Source of the DNA: Paramoeba atlantica
Lineage: Eukaryota > Protista > Discosea
Reading direction: 5' to 3'
NCBI GenBank assembly: GCA_977017575.1
Contig: CDRNVI010000002.1
Coordinates: 806,001-870,000, forward strand
DNA: 64,000 nucleotides
Position numbers and translations under genes: made by a program. Each line of letters begins with the position of its first letter. Positions within the stretch are counted from its first letter, which is position 1. Below the pieces are notes generated by a model. The model saw nothing but the letters and a program-made list of their open reading frames with translations, ran no database searches and had not been told where the DNA came from. This document shows, in pieces, positions 41,305-52,067 of this stretch.

Positions 41305-42295
41305 GGGTTACATAAGAAAAACATGTTCCCTAGGACTCCTTACAGCTTCCCACGCGAGGAAGTCGTCGTCGCTGCGGCAAAAAGTCAAAAGGCTCCGCCA
41401 TCTTCTTTTTGCATTGTGCCTCCTCCTTCCTCTAAGGTCTTGCGTATCCCAAACCTGAAGTTGAAGAAAGCATATGTGGCGAATTGGGGTTTGCAAATCG
41501 CTTCCAAAGAAGGGGGTCCCGAGTGGTCGAAAAGGCGCGTTTTTTTACCTAAAACTATCAATTTATGCTGCTGCCTTTGGTTCTTTGCGAAAAAAAACTT
41601 TTTCAGGAAAATTTTTCGCCGGGCCAAATTTATTAATATAGGATAGCGAGGGAGTAGTATCTCCCTCAATACGTTTTAGGAGTCGATTTATCAATCACGC
41701 ATCAATCGCGGTCTCAAAGGAAGAAAGCGCCAGAGAAGCTTTAACAAAGAGCGAAAGGCAATTTTAAGGAAGGTGCACCTTAAATTGCTCCAAGAAATTA
41801 ATGGTAAGCATGCAGTGACGAAGGTATTTATCTTTTCCGTTATGGAAACATACTGAATACGGTTAGTCATTTCGAAACTTGTTTACGAATTAATATTTCA
41901 TAATTTTTTATTTTAGGGCATCTTTATTTCACAATTTTTTACGACCATTCCATTTACAGCGCTTATGCACTCAAAACCACATGATAGAAAGATTTGCGCC
42001 GCGAAGCGGCGCGCTTTTTTTTTTTTGAGGGTGGAAAAATTTTCACCCTCGATCTGAAACATACTACCCCCCCACTTATACTGCCGTTTGGTCGAAAACC
42101 GCGGCACTATAAGTGGGGGGGGCACAGTAATAATTCTTGAGAACATTTTAATTATTTGTGTATCCCCACTCATAGTGCCGCTTGGCCAAAACCCGCGGCC
42201 CTATGAGTGGAGGAGGACGCAATAACTATCGATTTCCTTTTTTTCATCATTTTTCTACTATCAACTATTTTTCTACTATATCCCGCATACTAGAT

Positions 42296-42979
42296 ATGGT
42301 ACTTTCTGTACGGACCGTATTGGTCCACTCCGCGGACAGCCCATCGGCGAGTACGTCAGTGATGAAGCCGGCTAAAGCACGGGGCATTGCACTTCCTCAA
42401 GAGTATCAATTGGTTCGTATGTTCGAAAATGTCAAAGATCTCCCTTCTACATGGAATATAGACACCCCGGCCTGTGAGTGGGAAGGCATTTTATGTATAG
42501 AAAAACGTGCTAGTTTTTTTCATTTGACAGGAAATGTGCGGTTTCTTGATGGGCACCCCCAGTGGGAGTATCTTCCAAGCAGTGTGACATGCCTCCATCT
42601 CCCTGAAAACCGACTGTGCGGCGAGATCAATACAAGTTCATTACCAAATGCTTTGACAGAACTTAACGTGCGAAACAATGTGAAACTATCCGGCGAAGTC
42701 AACCTTGGAACTTTGCCCTCCGCACTGACCCTCTTCCTGATTTCATGCAATTCCTTTTCTGGAGAACTAGACTTTGGAAATTTGCCGGCGACCATCAAGC
42801 AGCTTTGGATGCAAAATAACAAGTTCAGCCATGCGATCGGGCTCCGCTCCCTCCCGGTTTCGCTTAGAGTGCTGTACTTGCATGATAATCCCGAGTTAGT
42901 GGGAGAAATAAATGTTACTCTTTTACCTGAGTTTTTAGCTTTAAAAACATGGACAAATACTCAAATTCGAGTGCTGTGA
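42296..42979 (+). CDS. Small LRR protein (family member 4)
   Basis: KPAKARGIALPQEYQL, TPACEWEGILC cap, LRRs. Confidence 0.8.
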   Translation: MVLSVRTVLVHSADSPSASTSVMKPAKARGIALPQEYQLVRMFENVKDLPSTWNIDTPACEWEGILCIEKRASFFHLTGNVRFLDGHPQWEYLPSSVTCLHLPENRLCGEINTSSLPNALTELNVRNNVKLSGEVNLGTLPSALTLFLISCNSFSGELDFGNLPATIKQLWMQNNKFSHAIGLRSLPVSLRVLYLHDNPELVGEINVTLLPEFLALKTWTNTQIRVL

Positions 42980-43131
42980 AATAAGGGCTTTTACTCTCGT
43001 GTACGTGTTTCCTCTCACCATCATTAGATTCCTCTTAGTTTTAAGGAATGGAGACACTCTTGGAGCAATACTGTTTATTCGATGACATATTTTTCTAACC
43101 CACTGTCACAAAACTATTATTTATTGTAACA

Positions 43132-44121
43132 ATGAGCACAGCGCTAATTCCTTCAAAAAATTCTCTGGTGAGCCGTCAAGTCTCGGATACTGATCACAGA
43201 ACTGTTTTCTGGAATGCTCATGGACAAGAAATCTCAGCAGTACGTTTCTCTCCCTCTGGGGGTTTGCTTGCTACCTCAGCATTGGAGAGTGACGTTCAGT
43301 TGTGGAGAGGGGCAGAGAAATATGAATCCGTGGCGCTGCTAAAAAGGCATCGGTTTCCCGTTCGTGATGTTGCCTGGTGTAGCGACTTGTTTCTATTTTC
43401 CGCGTCCTCCGATGGTTTTGTCAATCTCTGGGACATTGAAACGGAGCAATGCATTTGTGGATCCCAAACCGACTCACGAGCCATTATTAACTCCATCCAC
43501 GTACTCCCATCAACTACGCTGGTACTGATGGCAAGTGATGATCGAACCGTGCAATGTTCTGACATTCGAATAAAAAATGGCACCGTACGGGTTTTTGAGA
43601 ACAATATACCATGCACTACGGTGGTCAGCAGTTCGTGTGGGTCAAATCTTTATGTTGGTGACATTGCGGGGAGGATTCATCGTTATGATTTTGCCTCCAC
43701 AGATCGACTTGACACCACCCAGGCCCACAGTAGCGTCATCACATCACTGTCTTGTCAAAAAGAGCAACTGCTGAGCACTGCCTTGGAGGGGCAGAGTAAG
43801 GTGTGGGATATTCGCCCCTACGTGGAGGTGGGAAAAGAATTGCTATGGGAGACTCAGGGGCAAGAGTATCCTGGGGAACAGATTCTTTACCGCAGCGCGT
43901 GGCTGGTAACTAAAAAGGATACGATACTAGTTCCCTCCGCGAAGTCACCATATGAGATCATATTGTGGAGTATGGAAGGACACAGTGAGGCTCCGCACAG
44001 AGAAGTCATGTCAACGGCGCATACAAGCTTGATTACCGTGGTTGAAGCGCACCCAACCGAAACTGTTGTTGCATCGGCTACCCTTGGGGGAACTGTGGAG
44101 TGTAGGCAACTCCCTGCTTAA
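43132..44121 (+). CDS. SNRNP40: WD40 protein, U5 snRNP 40-kDa-like
   Basis: AHGQEISAVRFSPSGGLLAT, LFSASSDGFVNLWDIET, MASDDRTV; repeat order resembles U5-40K. Confidence 0.6.
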   Translation: MSTALIPSKNSLVSRQVSDTDHRTVFWNAHGQEISAVRFSPSGGLLATSALESDVQLWRGAEKYESVALLKRHRFPVRDVAWCSDLFLFSASSDGFVNLWDIETEQCICGSQTDSRAIINSIHVLPSTTLVLMASDDRTVQCSDIRIKNGTVRVFENNIPCTTVVSSSCGSNLYVGDIAGRIHRYDFASTDRLDTTQAHSSVITSLSCQKEQLLSTALEGQSKVWDIRPYVEVGKELLWETQGQEYPGEQILYRSAWLVTKKDTILVPSAKSPYEIILWSMEGHSEAPHREVMSTAHTSLITVVEAHPTETVVASATLGGTVECRQLPA

Positions 44122-44528
44122 TGTTGGCAGTACCTTACGATTCATGCAAAGGCTCAATGAACAGATCACCGGACGCCTGATAAAAAGCTTGAGTACTTCT
44201 ACAACATCTACACATGCATGTATTATTCGCAGATTTCACTTCGAGCTACACAAGCTGCGCATTCTATTTTTTATTGAGAATAGAGTGCTGCAGTAGTAGA
44301 GTGACCGAATCCTGAAATTTAACTGTATCTTGACCGATACCACCGTCATTGTCTACATTTCAACAAAAGGAGGGAGGTGCTACACAGGGGTGTTAATAAC
44401 TGAGGCCCACTAATTAAAGGCCGTTGTCCCGGCGGTTTAAAGGTAATGATTAAAGCAACAACTTTTTAGTTCGTTTAGTAGACTCTTTTTATGCCCTACT
44501 TACTTTCGTATTGTCCAAAGCTACTAGC

Positions 44529-45155
44529 ATGATACTAAAAGCAGCTGATATTCGAACTTCACGTGCTGGTAAAGTTAGAGGGCATTATTGTTCACCCGAA
44601 GTAAGGCTTTCTCAATTCATACGTTTGGTCGAAAATCCGCATCCATCTTGGAAAGCAGAAAATCCAATCAGTGAATGGGTCGAGGTGAAATCCACAGATT
44701 CAGGATTGGTCATATATTGGGGCGGCTTTGGTCTAAAAGGACAAGTGGAATGGAAACATCTGCCCGAGTCCGTGAACTCGCTTTACATTGGAAAAGGTAT
44801 CCGGAAGGGCAAGTTAAGGCCTAATTTACTTAACGGATCAATTGAATTCTCGACACTACCGCGTGGGGTGGAAGAATTTTCTGTAGAGGGTCACATCAGA
44901 GGCGAGTTTTCGGGGACATTAGATTTTACACAGCTTCCCATTGCACTCCGAGGGCTTAACATTGAAAAAAACAGATTTTGCGGTAACGTCGATTTTACGA
45001 TGCTTCCGGTTAATCTTGAGTACGCATGGCTCGCCAATAATTTTTTCTCCGGCCGTGTTGATTTTTCGAAGCTTCCCCCAAAATTACTTCTGCTAACTAT
45101 GAACTCTGGTATTGTATATCATGGTCAGCTGCCAAAATTCGTTGAAATATACTGA
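44529..45155 (+). CDS. Small LRR protein (family member 5)
   Basis: LVENPHPSW..EW cap, WKHLPESV, FSTLPRGV, FTQLPIAL, FTMLPVNL repeats. Confidence 0.8.
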   Translation: MILKAADIRTSRAGKVRGHYCSPEVRLSQFIRLVENPHPSWKAENPISEWVEVKSTDSGLVIYWGGFGLKGQVEWKHLPESVNSLYIGKGIRKGKLRPNLLNGSIEFSTLPRGVEEFSVEGHIRGEFSGTLDFTQLPIALRGLNIEKNRFCGNVDFTMLPVNLEYAWLANNFFSGRVDFSKLPPKLLLLTMNSGIVYHGQLPKFVEIY

Positions 45156-45555
45156 GAAATACACAACGTGGTGTGATATTCTTTTTGATACATTTTTATA
45201 AACATTTTTATAACTCGGTTATACAACAACAGTCATACTGTTATATTTTTTGGGAAGAAACGAAATATCGAAAATTAGGTCACAACAAGACCAATCTGTT
45301 GGTTTCTTGCTTTTTATTCTTCCTTCCCGGTAAGTGAATAGTGACTCTCTACTGTCTTCTAGGATCAAAAGAAGAGGTGATCGAAAGAAAGATAACTTAA
45401 ATAAATAGTCGTGGTGCAAATTGGCGATCGTAAAAGTGTTTATAAGAAAATTCTTTGTTGGACAAAAAGAATTTTTAGGTTGTTTTCCTCCCATTATTTT
45501 CAAGAATGATTTAGGGTAAAAAAATGCAAAGCTTGCAGTTTTATTTATTGATAAG

Positions 45556-47373
45556 ATGAAGAGAAAGCTGTTCAAGCCCCTTAAAAGAGGAAATGGTTCA
45601 GTCGCTACACCTCGTATTCAAACTATACCTACGGATGCAGTTGAATCCACATCCTTCGATAAACCGGATAATGGCATCCAAAAAACTATAAACGGTATAC
45701 TGAATAAAATTACCGTTTCATCAGCATCAAATCTCATTAACCAAATTCTGGAACTTTATCAGCATAACGCATCGAACGTTGTGACCACTGCAGTAGCATC
45801 AAGTATAGTGAACAGCCTTGTATACAATACCGGCGTTCGCTATCATAACTCTACAATTCTTCCACTGTGTTTAATTGTTAAAGCAATTCAAAATCGTGCT
45901 GGAAATTTACAGCTTATTCAGTTGCTCCGTGTTATCATGGAACCTTTGACCTTGTTTGTACGTGAACTCGCTGTTATTTCTGAACATAGCAGGCCTATTT
46001 CAACAGTATGTAGTAACGGAATCAGAAACCTTGTCCTTTTTCTGTCGCTTTTATACAATCTTAACGTTGTGTCCCAGTTGTTAGTAAGTGATCTGGCATT
46101 AATTTTGTCTGGCAGTAGTCTCCTTGTCGATTCCAATACACAGATCATCTCCAATCCTGGGCAATGCGATACACTCTTGATATTGTTGCAGCATTGCGGG
46201 TCACTACTTCGGAGTGAGAACCCTGGTGTCGTGGAAAAAATATTTTCTTCAATTCAAAATTCTAGTAAAAAGAATTCTACGTCTCAGAACACTGAGAGCT
46301 ACGGAGCACATGTGAAAGAAGCCCTAGAACAGGATGAACAATCTCTTTCTCGTACACATCACGAGATTCTTTTGGGCTTTCTGCAAGAACTACGCTTTTA
46401 TCGAAAGAGCAAGGCAAAAAGGAGGGAGGCTTCACTTTCTCCTGAGGAACTAAAACAAAGCCGACAAATCATGCGACAAACGGTAGGAGAAAGCAGTGAC
46501 CATGTGCTTACATTATCGTGGCAAGATTTATGGAACGAGAACCCGGTGCAGACTTTGATGACAACTCAATTTCTTGATGTTTCGGATCAGGATTCGAAAA
46601 TACGAACGTCTTGTGCAACCGATCACTTGATTTTTTCTTCAGAGCGAAGTTTTCTAGAGGATTCAAAGAGTGATTCTACGTGGTCCTGGTTGAGAGGAAC
46701 TAACGCTAACACTCAGTTGCGAAGGGACTATTGGGGTCTATTTACACGAACTCCTCAACTTTCATACGACAACATTCTTTGTGCTGCTGTAGCACTTGAC
46801 CCTAAAAGGAAGCACTGTGAAGACTTAGCGGCTATAATGGTGAAGTATCTGAGCTCGAACCTTTCTAAAGATCAGTTTACGGAAACTAGTTCTACATTTC
46901 GTGTCTTCAACCACATGTGCTCAACTCGACGTAACTTTCGTTTTCACATGCAGAAGTACATTGAAGCATTCTGCAAAGCTTTAGATCCTGTGAAGGACAA
47001 TGAACTTCCTTTATCGCTGATACTAAGAATGGCTCGATGTGCTGCCTGCTGCTCGCGTTGCTCACTAAATAATTCAAAAAGATTGCAACAGCGTATCCCG
47101 GAAAATTTTGGTGCACTGCACTCAGATTTGTGGAGCTATTGCATTCTCTTCTTTTCCATGGGAATGTTGTACTGCTCGAGTGATGAATCATCGGTAGAAT
47201 GGATTTCCAGCGTGGCTCAACGTAAGTCTGTAAAAGATTTTATTCGCCAATATTTTCGAGACGCAGAGTATTACAGCATATTTTATCCGCTATTTCAAGC
47301 CGTACCTCACGCGGAGAAGATTTTAATGTCACGTTTTCGTGGTATTCTTTCACCGAGATTGGAATCATCTTAA
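45556..47373 (+). CDS. NOM1: MIF4G-domain nucleolar protein (NOM1/Sgd1-like)
   Basis: IQKTINGILNKIT..I..LYQHNASNVV, FLSLLYNLNVV, ILLQHCGSLLRSENP match the NOM1/Sgd1 MIF4G region. Confidence 0.65.
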   Translation: MKRKLFKPLKRGNGSVATPRIQTIPTDAVESTSFDKPDNGIQKTINGILNKITVSSASNLINQILELYQHNASNVVTTAVASSIVNSLVYNTGVRYHNSTILPLCLIVKAIQNRAGNLQLIQLLRVIMEPLTLFVRELAVISEHSRPISTVCSNGIRNLVLFLSLLYNLNVVSQLLVSDLALILSGSSLLVDSNTQIISNPGQCDTLLILLQHCGSLLRSENPGVVEKIFSSIQNSSKKNSTSQNTESYGAHVKEALEQDEQSLSRTHHEILLGFLQELRFYRKSKAKRREASLSPEELKQSRQIMRQTVGESSDHVLTLSWQDLWNENPVQTLMTTQFLDVSDQDSKIRTSCATDHLIFSSERSFLEDSKSDSTWSWLRGTNANTQLRRDYWGLFTRTPQLSYDNILCAAVALDPKRKHCEDLAAIMVKYLSSNLSKDQFTETSSTFRVFNHMCSTRRNFRFHMQKYIEAFCKALDPVKDNELPLSLILRMARCAACCSRCSLNNSKRLQQRIPENFGALHSDLWSYCILFFSMGMLYCSSDESSVEWISSVAQRKSVKDFIRQYFRDAEYYSIFYPLFQAVPHAEKILMSRFRGILSPRLESS

Positions 47374-47616
47374 ATCGTATTCGGGCTTCTACGTCATTAT
47401 AGCTTACTACTACCCCGCTTAGGACATGTTACAGTTGTAATGAAACTGGGATAATTTAGAGGGCTGAAACCACCTTGGTTTGCCTAGGTTTGCCTGGGTT
47501 TGCTAATTTTCAATATTGTATTAGGTAACTCAGTTTCTTCCTTGGCGAAAAGCACAGTATATTATTTAATGCTCTTTTCGCACAATAACCTATTTTTCTT
47601 GGATTCACCCAAAAAA

Positions 47617-47787
47617 AATATTATTCATGATCTTTTGGCGGTTTTTCTTTTTTAGGCTCTTCGTTAAACGCGGTGGTTGTTTTCAACTTAGAAGTCACTC
47701 ATGCTGCGCGCTTCGCGTTGAAAACTACCTTCGCGTTTAACGAAGAGCCTAAAAAAGAAAAATCGCCAAAAGATCATGAATAATATT
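47617..47787. repeat. Inverted repeat: 71-bp arms, 29-nt loop, sharing its core with 40641-40737
   Basis: 47617-47687 pairs with 47717-47787 (4 mismatches); loop TTAGAAGTCACTCATGCTGCGCGCTTCGC. Confidence 0.9.
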
Positions 47788-47982
47788 GCTGTGACCTTTT
47801 ACAGCGGAAAAAAATCTAACCCCCCCCCCTCCTTATACTTCGTTACTGCTCAAAATGGGCGAAGTATAAATGGGAGGTTGCAGTAATATTAAACGGGGGT
47901 ACGACTTAATGTACCGGGTATCCTTTTATATACCGGGGAGGTGTATATATAATCGCTACCCAATATACCCCCCCTGGGCAAT

Positions 47983-48059
47983 GTGGAAAACAAGGGGATG
48001 GGGTTATGAACGCTCAAAACAAATAGAGCGTTTATACCCCCCACCCCCTTGTTTTTCAC
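47983..48059. repeat. Imperfect hairpin, ~33-bp arms, 10-nt loop
   Basis: GTGGAAAACAAGGGGATGGGGTTATGAACGCTC-AAAACAAATA-GAGCGTTTATACCCCCCACCCCCTTGTTTTTCAC. Confidence 0.7.
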
Positions 48060-48217
48060 GGTGCCATCATGTATTTCCCCTTTTAACCTCCTTGGTTACC
48101 GCAAAAAAACAGGCCCTCCTTGGTTTACCGCAAAAAAACATTGGGGCTAATATGCCCCCACCCCCCGGCATTATGCCCCCATTACGGTGAGCGAATGTAC
48201 CCCCCCTTAATAAATAT

Positions 48218-48296
48218 ACATAGGGTACATTAGGAACATATAGGGTACTATAGGGAACATATAGGGTACATATAGGGTACTATTTATATAGGGTAC
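48218..48296 (+). repeat. Tandem (A)TAGGG(T/A)AC array
   Basis: Six TAGGGWAC units plus one TAGGAAC; bracketed by GTACCCCCCCTTA / TAAGAGGGGGTGC. Confidence 0.8.
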
Positions 48297-48831
48297 ACTA
48301 CCCCCCCTATACATTAAGAGGGGGTGCTTTTTGGGTGAGAAAGGACCTTTTTTGTTCATGAGTACGTTGACTTTCAGCACATCCAACCCCGAAACCACGC
48401 CATTCGCTCCCTCGCAACCGCCTTCACCTCGCCCAGCCACCCCCACCCTCCCAAACACCCCCTCCCTCCTCCGACGACCCTCCCGAGCCAATTCTTTGTT
48501 ACTGGGGGTCAGCCAAAAAAGGGTCAAATCCTTGTTACTGGGGGGGTCTAAGGTAGTCTCCGCACTCTCTCCCTACACACTTCCTGTACCCCCTGTACCC
48601 CCCACCTGGACCCGAGTTGCACCCTCTGGAACCCCCACCCGGATCCTCCAGCGAACTCCATAGCCGAAAAAACTCCAAGTATCATTGCCATTGGTTTCTC
48701 TTGGGACCTGACTGGGTTTGCATTTTACTGGTTTCAGCCCTCTTACACTGCTACCAGAGGATGTCAAACAGAACACGCGGAAATGTTCTCTCGATGCGAG
48801 CCATAAATATTATAGCGATGTGAGTTGTATT

Positions 48832-48910
48832 GGCACTATGGGCAAAGGCACTATGGGCAAAGGCACTACGGGCAAAGGCACTATGGGCAAAGGCACTATG
48901 GGCAAAGGCA
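48832..48910 (+). repeat. 15-bp tandem repeat x5
   Basis: GGCACTATGGGCAAA repeated five times (third copy has TACG), then GGCA. Confidence 0.95.
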
Positions 48911-49182
48911 TTCAAAATGCGGTCAAAAGGGCATATTTTTGTACCAATTTTCATTTTCAATGAAATTTCTACCCGATGAGTCGAAAGAAATTCTTAAACT
49001 TACGGAAACATTTTATCGTTCCTCATTAATAATGTACAGAAATATTACAAATGCTTGGGTTAAATTAAAGCAAAATTCGCCTTTTTTTAAAAAAAAGTTT
49101 TTTTTTGCGGTTTTCAAAAATTTTGTGCAATGAAATCAACACTTTCCGCTTCTAGTTTTCTACTTAAATACTTGGACAAGAC

Positions 49183-50152
49183 TTATAAATGAATATAATG
49201 ACAATGATCTTGTAGATTCTGTAGGATGCGCAGCATTACATCGCCGCCATTGTACCGTAGGCTGCCGTTGCATTTTTCAGCATTGGCTTGCACACGATCT
49301 GCCCGTTTATCCTTTTTCCTTCCTAATACGTTTCCTTCTCGATTAAGTCTCTTCTTCGCCACCGAATTCGCGCACTCCACAGTGTTCGTGTGGACACCCT
49401 CTTCTGTTATCCATTCTCGGCGGTGGTTCACGCTATTCCACTTATAGCGTCCACCAAGGCGGATATTGTGACGCGCCCCGTCGGTCCAAGTTCGTGTCCT
49501 CCCCCCGCTCGCCAGATCTTCAATTCGAGGAAGTAACGTGCTCGCCTTACGATCAGGTACAACTTCCATGAACATTTCAGATAATTTGTTCGCTCGAGTA
49601 GTCACAGCAATTGTCTGTGCAACTTCTGTACCATCATCTCGCACCCGTCTTGCACCATGAGAACCTCGGTGACGTTTCCGTACAGAAAAATATGTCTCAT
49701 CGCATTGCATTGAACCAACGCTGCCGCGATTCCTGATACGTCGGCGAACATGAGCTGTGGCCATCATGCCATCCATCCATTGCCTTAGAGACACAATGGT
49801 CTGCTGACTAAGTTCTGTCTCCGCTGCCGAATCCGCATGTCGTCCACCACGAGCGTACAAAATTATGTACTTTAATGTTTGCTTTGCACTTCTTTGTGCC
49901 CTTCCAGGTACGAGAGGTCCTAAGGTGGCGTACATTCCTTTGCATTTTTTAGTACACCTCCATTTCCCGTCAGTTCTATAGTAGAGTCATAGTATAGGGC
50001 GCCTTGTGTAGTCTTTTATAACATACAACCTTCTGAGCCACCAACTTATGGGTTCTTAACCACTCCCTGCATTTCGATTCGCTCCACACAGAAACTTTGC
50101 TCAAAGTGAGATTTCCTCGGCAAGCGAAGCCGTTGCATCCTTTACAGGGCAT
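49183..50152 (-). mobile_element. Merlin/IS1016-IS1595-like DDE transposase with one frameshift
   Basis: QCDETYF, WTDG, VNHRREW and GVHTNTVEC motifs. The N-terminal zinc-ribbon part (KCREWLRTHKL..C..MTL / DGKWRC..C, ATG at 50152) is out of frame by one base near 49980. Confidence 0.9.
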
Positions 50153-50982
50153 GTGTTGGAGTTGAGGAGTCTGAATCTAAAAAATGAATCTGAAAAATAA
50201 AGGAAAAAGTGGAAATACGTGATACGATACAAAAAAAGATATAATTATTTTTAGTGGGGACGACTTTCCTTTTTTTTTCAAAAAATGCGAATTTTGCTTT
50301 AATTTCACCAATGCTTGCATTGCGGAATTGCAATCACCTTTCACCTTCGCATGGCGCTGAAAAGTTTTCGGAAATGCTAGGAAGGAATGTTCATCCGGTA
50401 AGCAAATCGTAGGGTTTTACTCACTCAAATATATCACACCCTTCGCAGTAGAAGCTCATATTGTTGCGCGAAATAGAATTTTAAAGGTGATGCTAACTTT
50501 CTTTTAAAAACGGTTCCTTTGTAATGAAGGATTCGAATAAATTATTTAAATTTATTCAAATATTGCAAAAATCGATTTCGGTCAATCCGAAGAGTTGGTA
50601 CAAAAATATGCCCTTTTCACCCAAAATGCAATGTTGCAGATGCAACACTTTTCTGGAAAACGTGTGGCAGGAACTGTTGCCGAATGAACCTTCTGCCTAG
50701 AACGTGTGGAATGCGTAGTTCGATTCTTTCATTGCTATGGAACTACAAACTCCTTTTTTTCTGTAGATGAGAATATGTGAGAAGTGGAATGAAAGTTTAA
50801 AAACTTTTAAGGCATGTAATTCTGTATATTACATAACATATAGATTTTTTGGTTTCCCATGAGCAGAAACATATAGGCTCATGCAAAGCGAATTAATTTC
50901 AAAGGATTGAGATTGGTGTTATTAAGGCCACTCTTTTTGGTGTTTTATCAAGCCTTTTGTTTTTAGAGCTTAGTTCTGACCT

Positions 50983-51789
50983 ATGGTTTCCAAAACAAAG
51001 TCTTCTCAACCGACGAAGTCAAGCAAAAAGACCGCCGCCAGCTCATCAAAGGGAAGCTCCAAGGTAGCCGCCACGAAGGCAAAGAACCCACTTTTCGTGG
51101 ACCGCCCCAAAACTTTTGGACTTGGGGGAAATGTTCTTCCGCCACGAGATGTCACCCGGCAAGTTCGGTGGCCACTGTATGTCGTGCGTCAGCGTCGCCG
51201 TCGGGTCCTGGAGCGTCGCATGAAGGTCCCCCCCGCCGTACACCAGTTCCGTAACGCACTCGACAAGAGCACTAAGAAAGAGCTTCTCGGGTTCCTCCAA
51301 GGCTATGCCCCTGAGGTCGCCAAGAAGGCACTAGCGGTGAAACAGGCCGCCAAGGCAAAGAGCTCCCGGGTGCCGGCGAAACCCGCCCAGCTGTCCTATG
51401 GAATCCAGGAGGTCACACGCACGGTGGAGTCCAAGCGCGCTCGTCTGGTTGTGATTGCCCACGACGTGGATCCGCTTGAATTAGTGCTGTGGCTCCCTCA
51501 GCTGTGTGTTGCGCAGGGTGTGCCCTACTGTATTGTAAAGTCGAAATCTGAACTGGGAAAACTAGTTGGGCACAAGACGTGCACTGCTATCGCGTTGACA
51601 GAGGTGCGCTCCCAGGACCAGGCGATGCTGGAAAAGCTCTTGACTACTATTAACGCGAAATTCACCGAGCGTTTTGAGGAAATACGACGTGCCTGGGGTG
51701 GTAACCAACAGAGCACGCAGGCCCAGATTCGTGCGAAAAAGCGGGAGAAGGCACTTGCTGGGTTAAAGGCCTCCGACGTTGCAAAGTGA
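50983..51789 (+). CDS. RPL7A: 60S ribosomal protein eL8
   Basis: NPLFVDRPKTFGLG, RDVTRQVRWPLYV, KVPPAVHQF, LVVIAHDVDPLELVLWLPQLC, YCIVKSKSELGKLV. Confidence 0.95.
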   Translation: MVSKTKSSQPTKSSKKTAASSSKGSSKVAATKAKNPLFVDRPKTFGLGGNVLPPRDVTRQVRWPLYVVRQRRRRVLERRMKVPPAVHQFRNALDKSTKKELLGFLQGYAPEVAKKALAVKQAAKAKSSRVPAKPAQLSYGIQEVTRTVESKRARLVVIAHDVDPLELVLWLPQLCVAQGVPYCIVKSKSELGKLVGHKTCTAIALTEVRSQDQAMLEKLLTTINAKFTERFEEIRRAWGGNQQSTQAQIRAKKREKALAGLKASDVAK

Positions 51790-52067
51790 TGAAGAAAAAA
51801 TATCTCTAGAAGATTGAAAAATAGGACGGTAAAGCTGCAGAAGTCGTTGCAAAACAAAATACAAGTGTTTTGTTTTGCCCCTTAAGAATTTTGTAGAATA
51901 TTAAGAAACAAACTTTTGGTATAAATTATAACTTTTTCATTTTATAAATGCAACACTCTTATCCATTATCACTCTAACACAACTTTTTCTTGTCTTGATC
52001 AACTACACACAATCTGTTACTCTGATCCCTCTCTCCTTGCTTATCTTCCTTTTTCTCTCTTCTATCC

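Larger units (their letters stand above)
40507..42127. mobile_element. 1.6-kb non-autonomous TA-flanked element carrying fold-back palindromes
   Basis: TA|CTGTGC(C)nACTTATAGTGCCGCGG ... CCGCGGCACTATAAGT(G)nCACAG|TA; extra CACTTATA(G/C)TGCCG copies at ~40547 and ~42073. Confidence 0.8.

Noticed and set aside
41170-41669. ORFs within the 40507-42127 element
   Set aside because: No convincing transposase or other motif; partly derived from the palindrome.
48218-48296. Interstitial telomere
   Set aside because: Units are TAGGGWAC with variable spacers, not tandem TTAGGG.
48718-49133. ORFs with GTMGK or GQRHY repeats
   Set aside because: They are translations of the 15-bp tandem repeat in different frames.
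50124-50130. GCGAAGC heptamer as another hairpin signal
   Set aside because: It lies in Merlin coding sequence, and a 7-mer is expected several times by chance in 64 kb.
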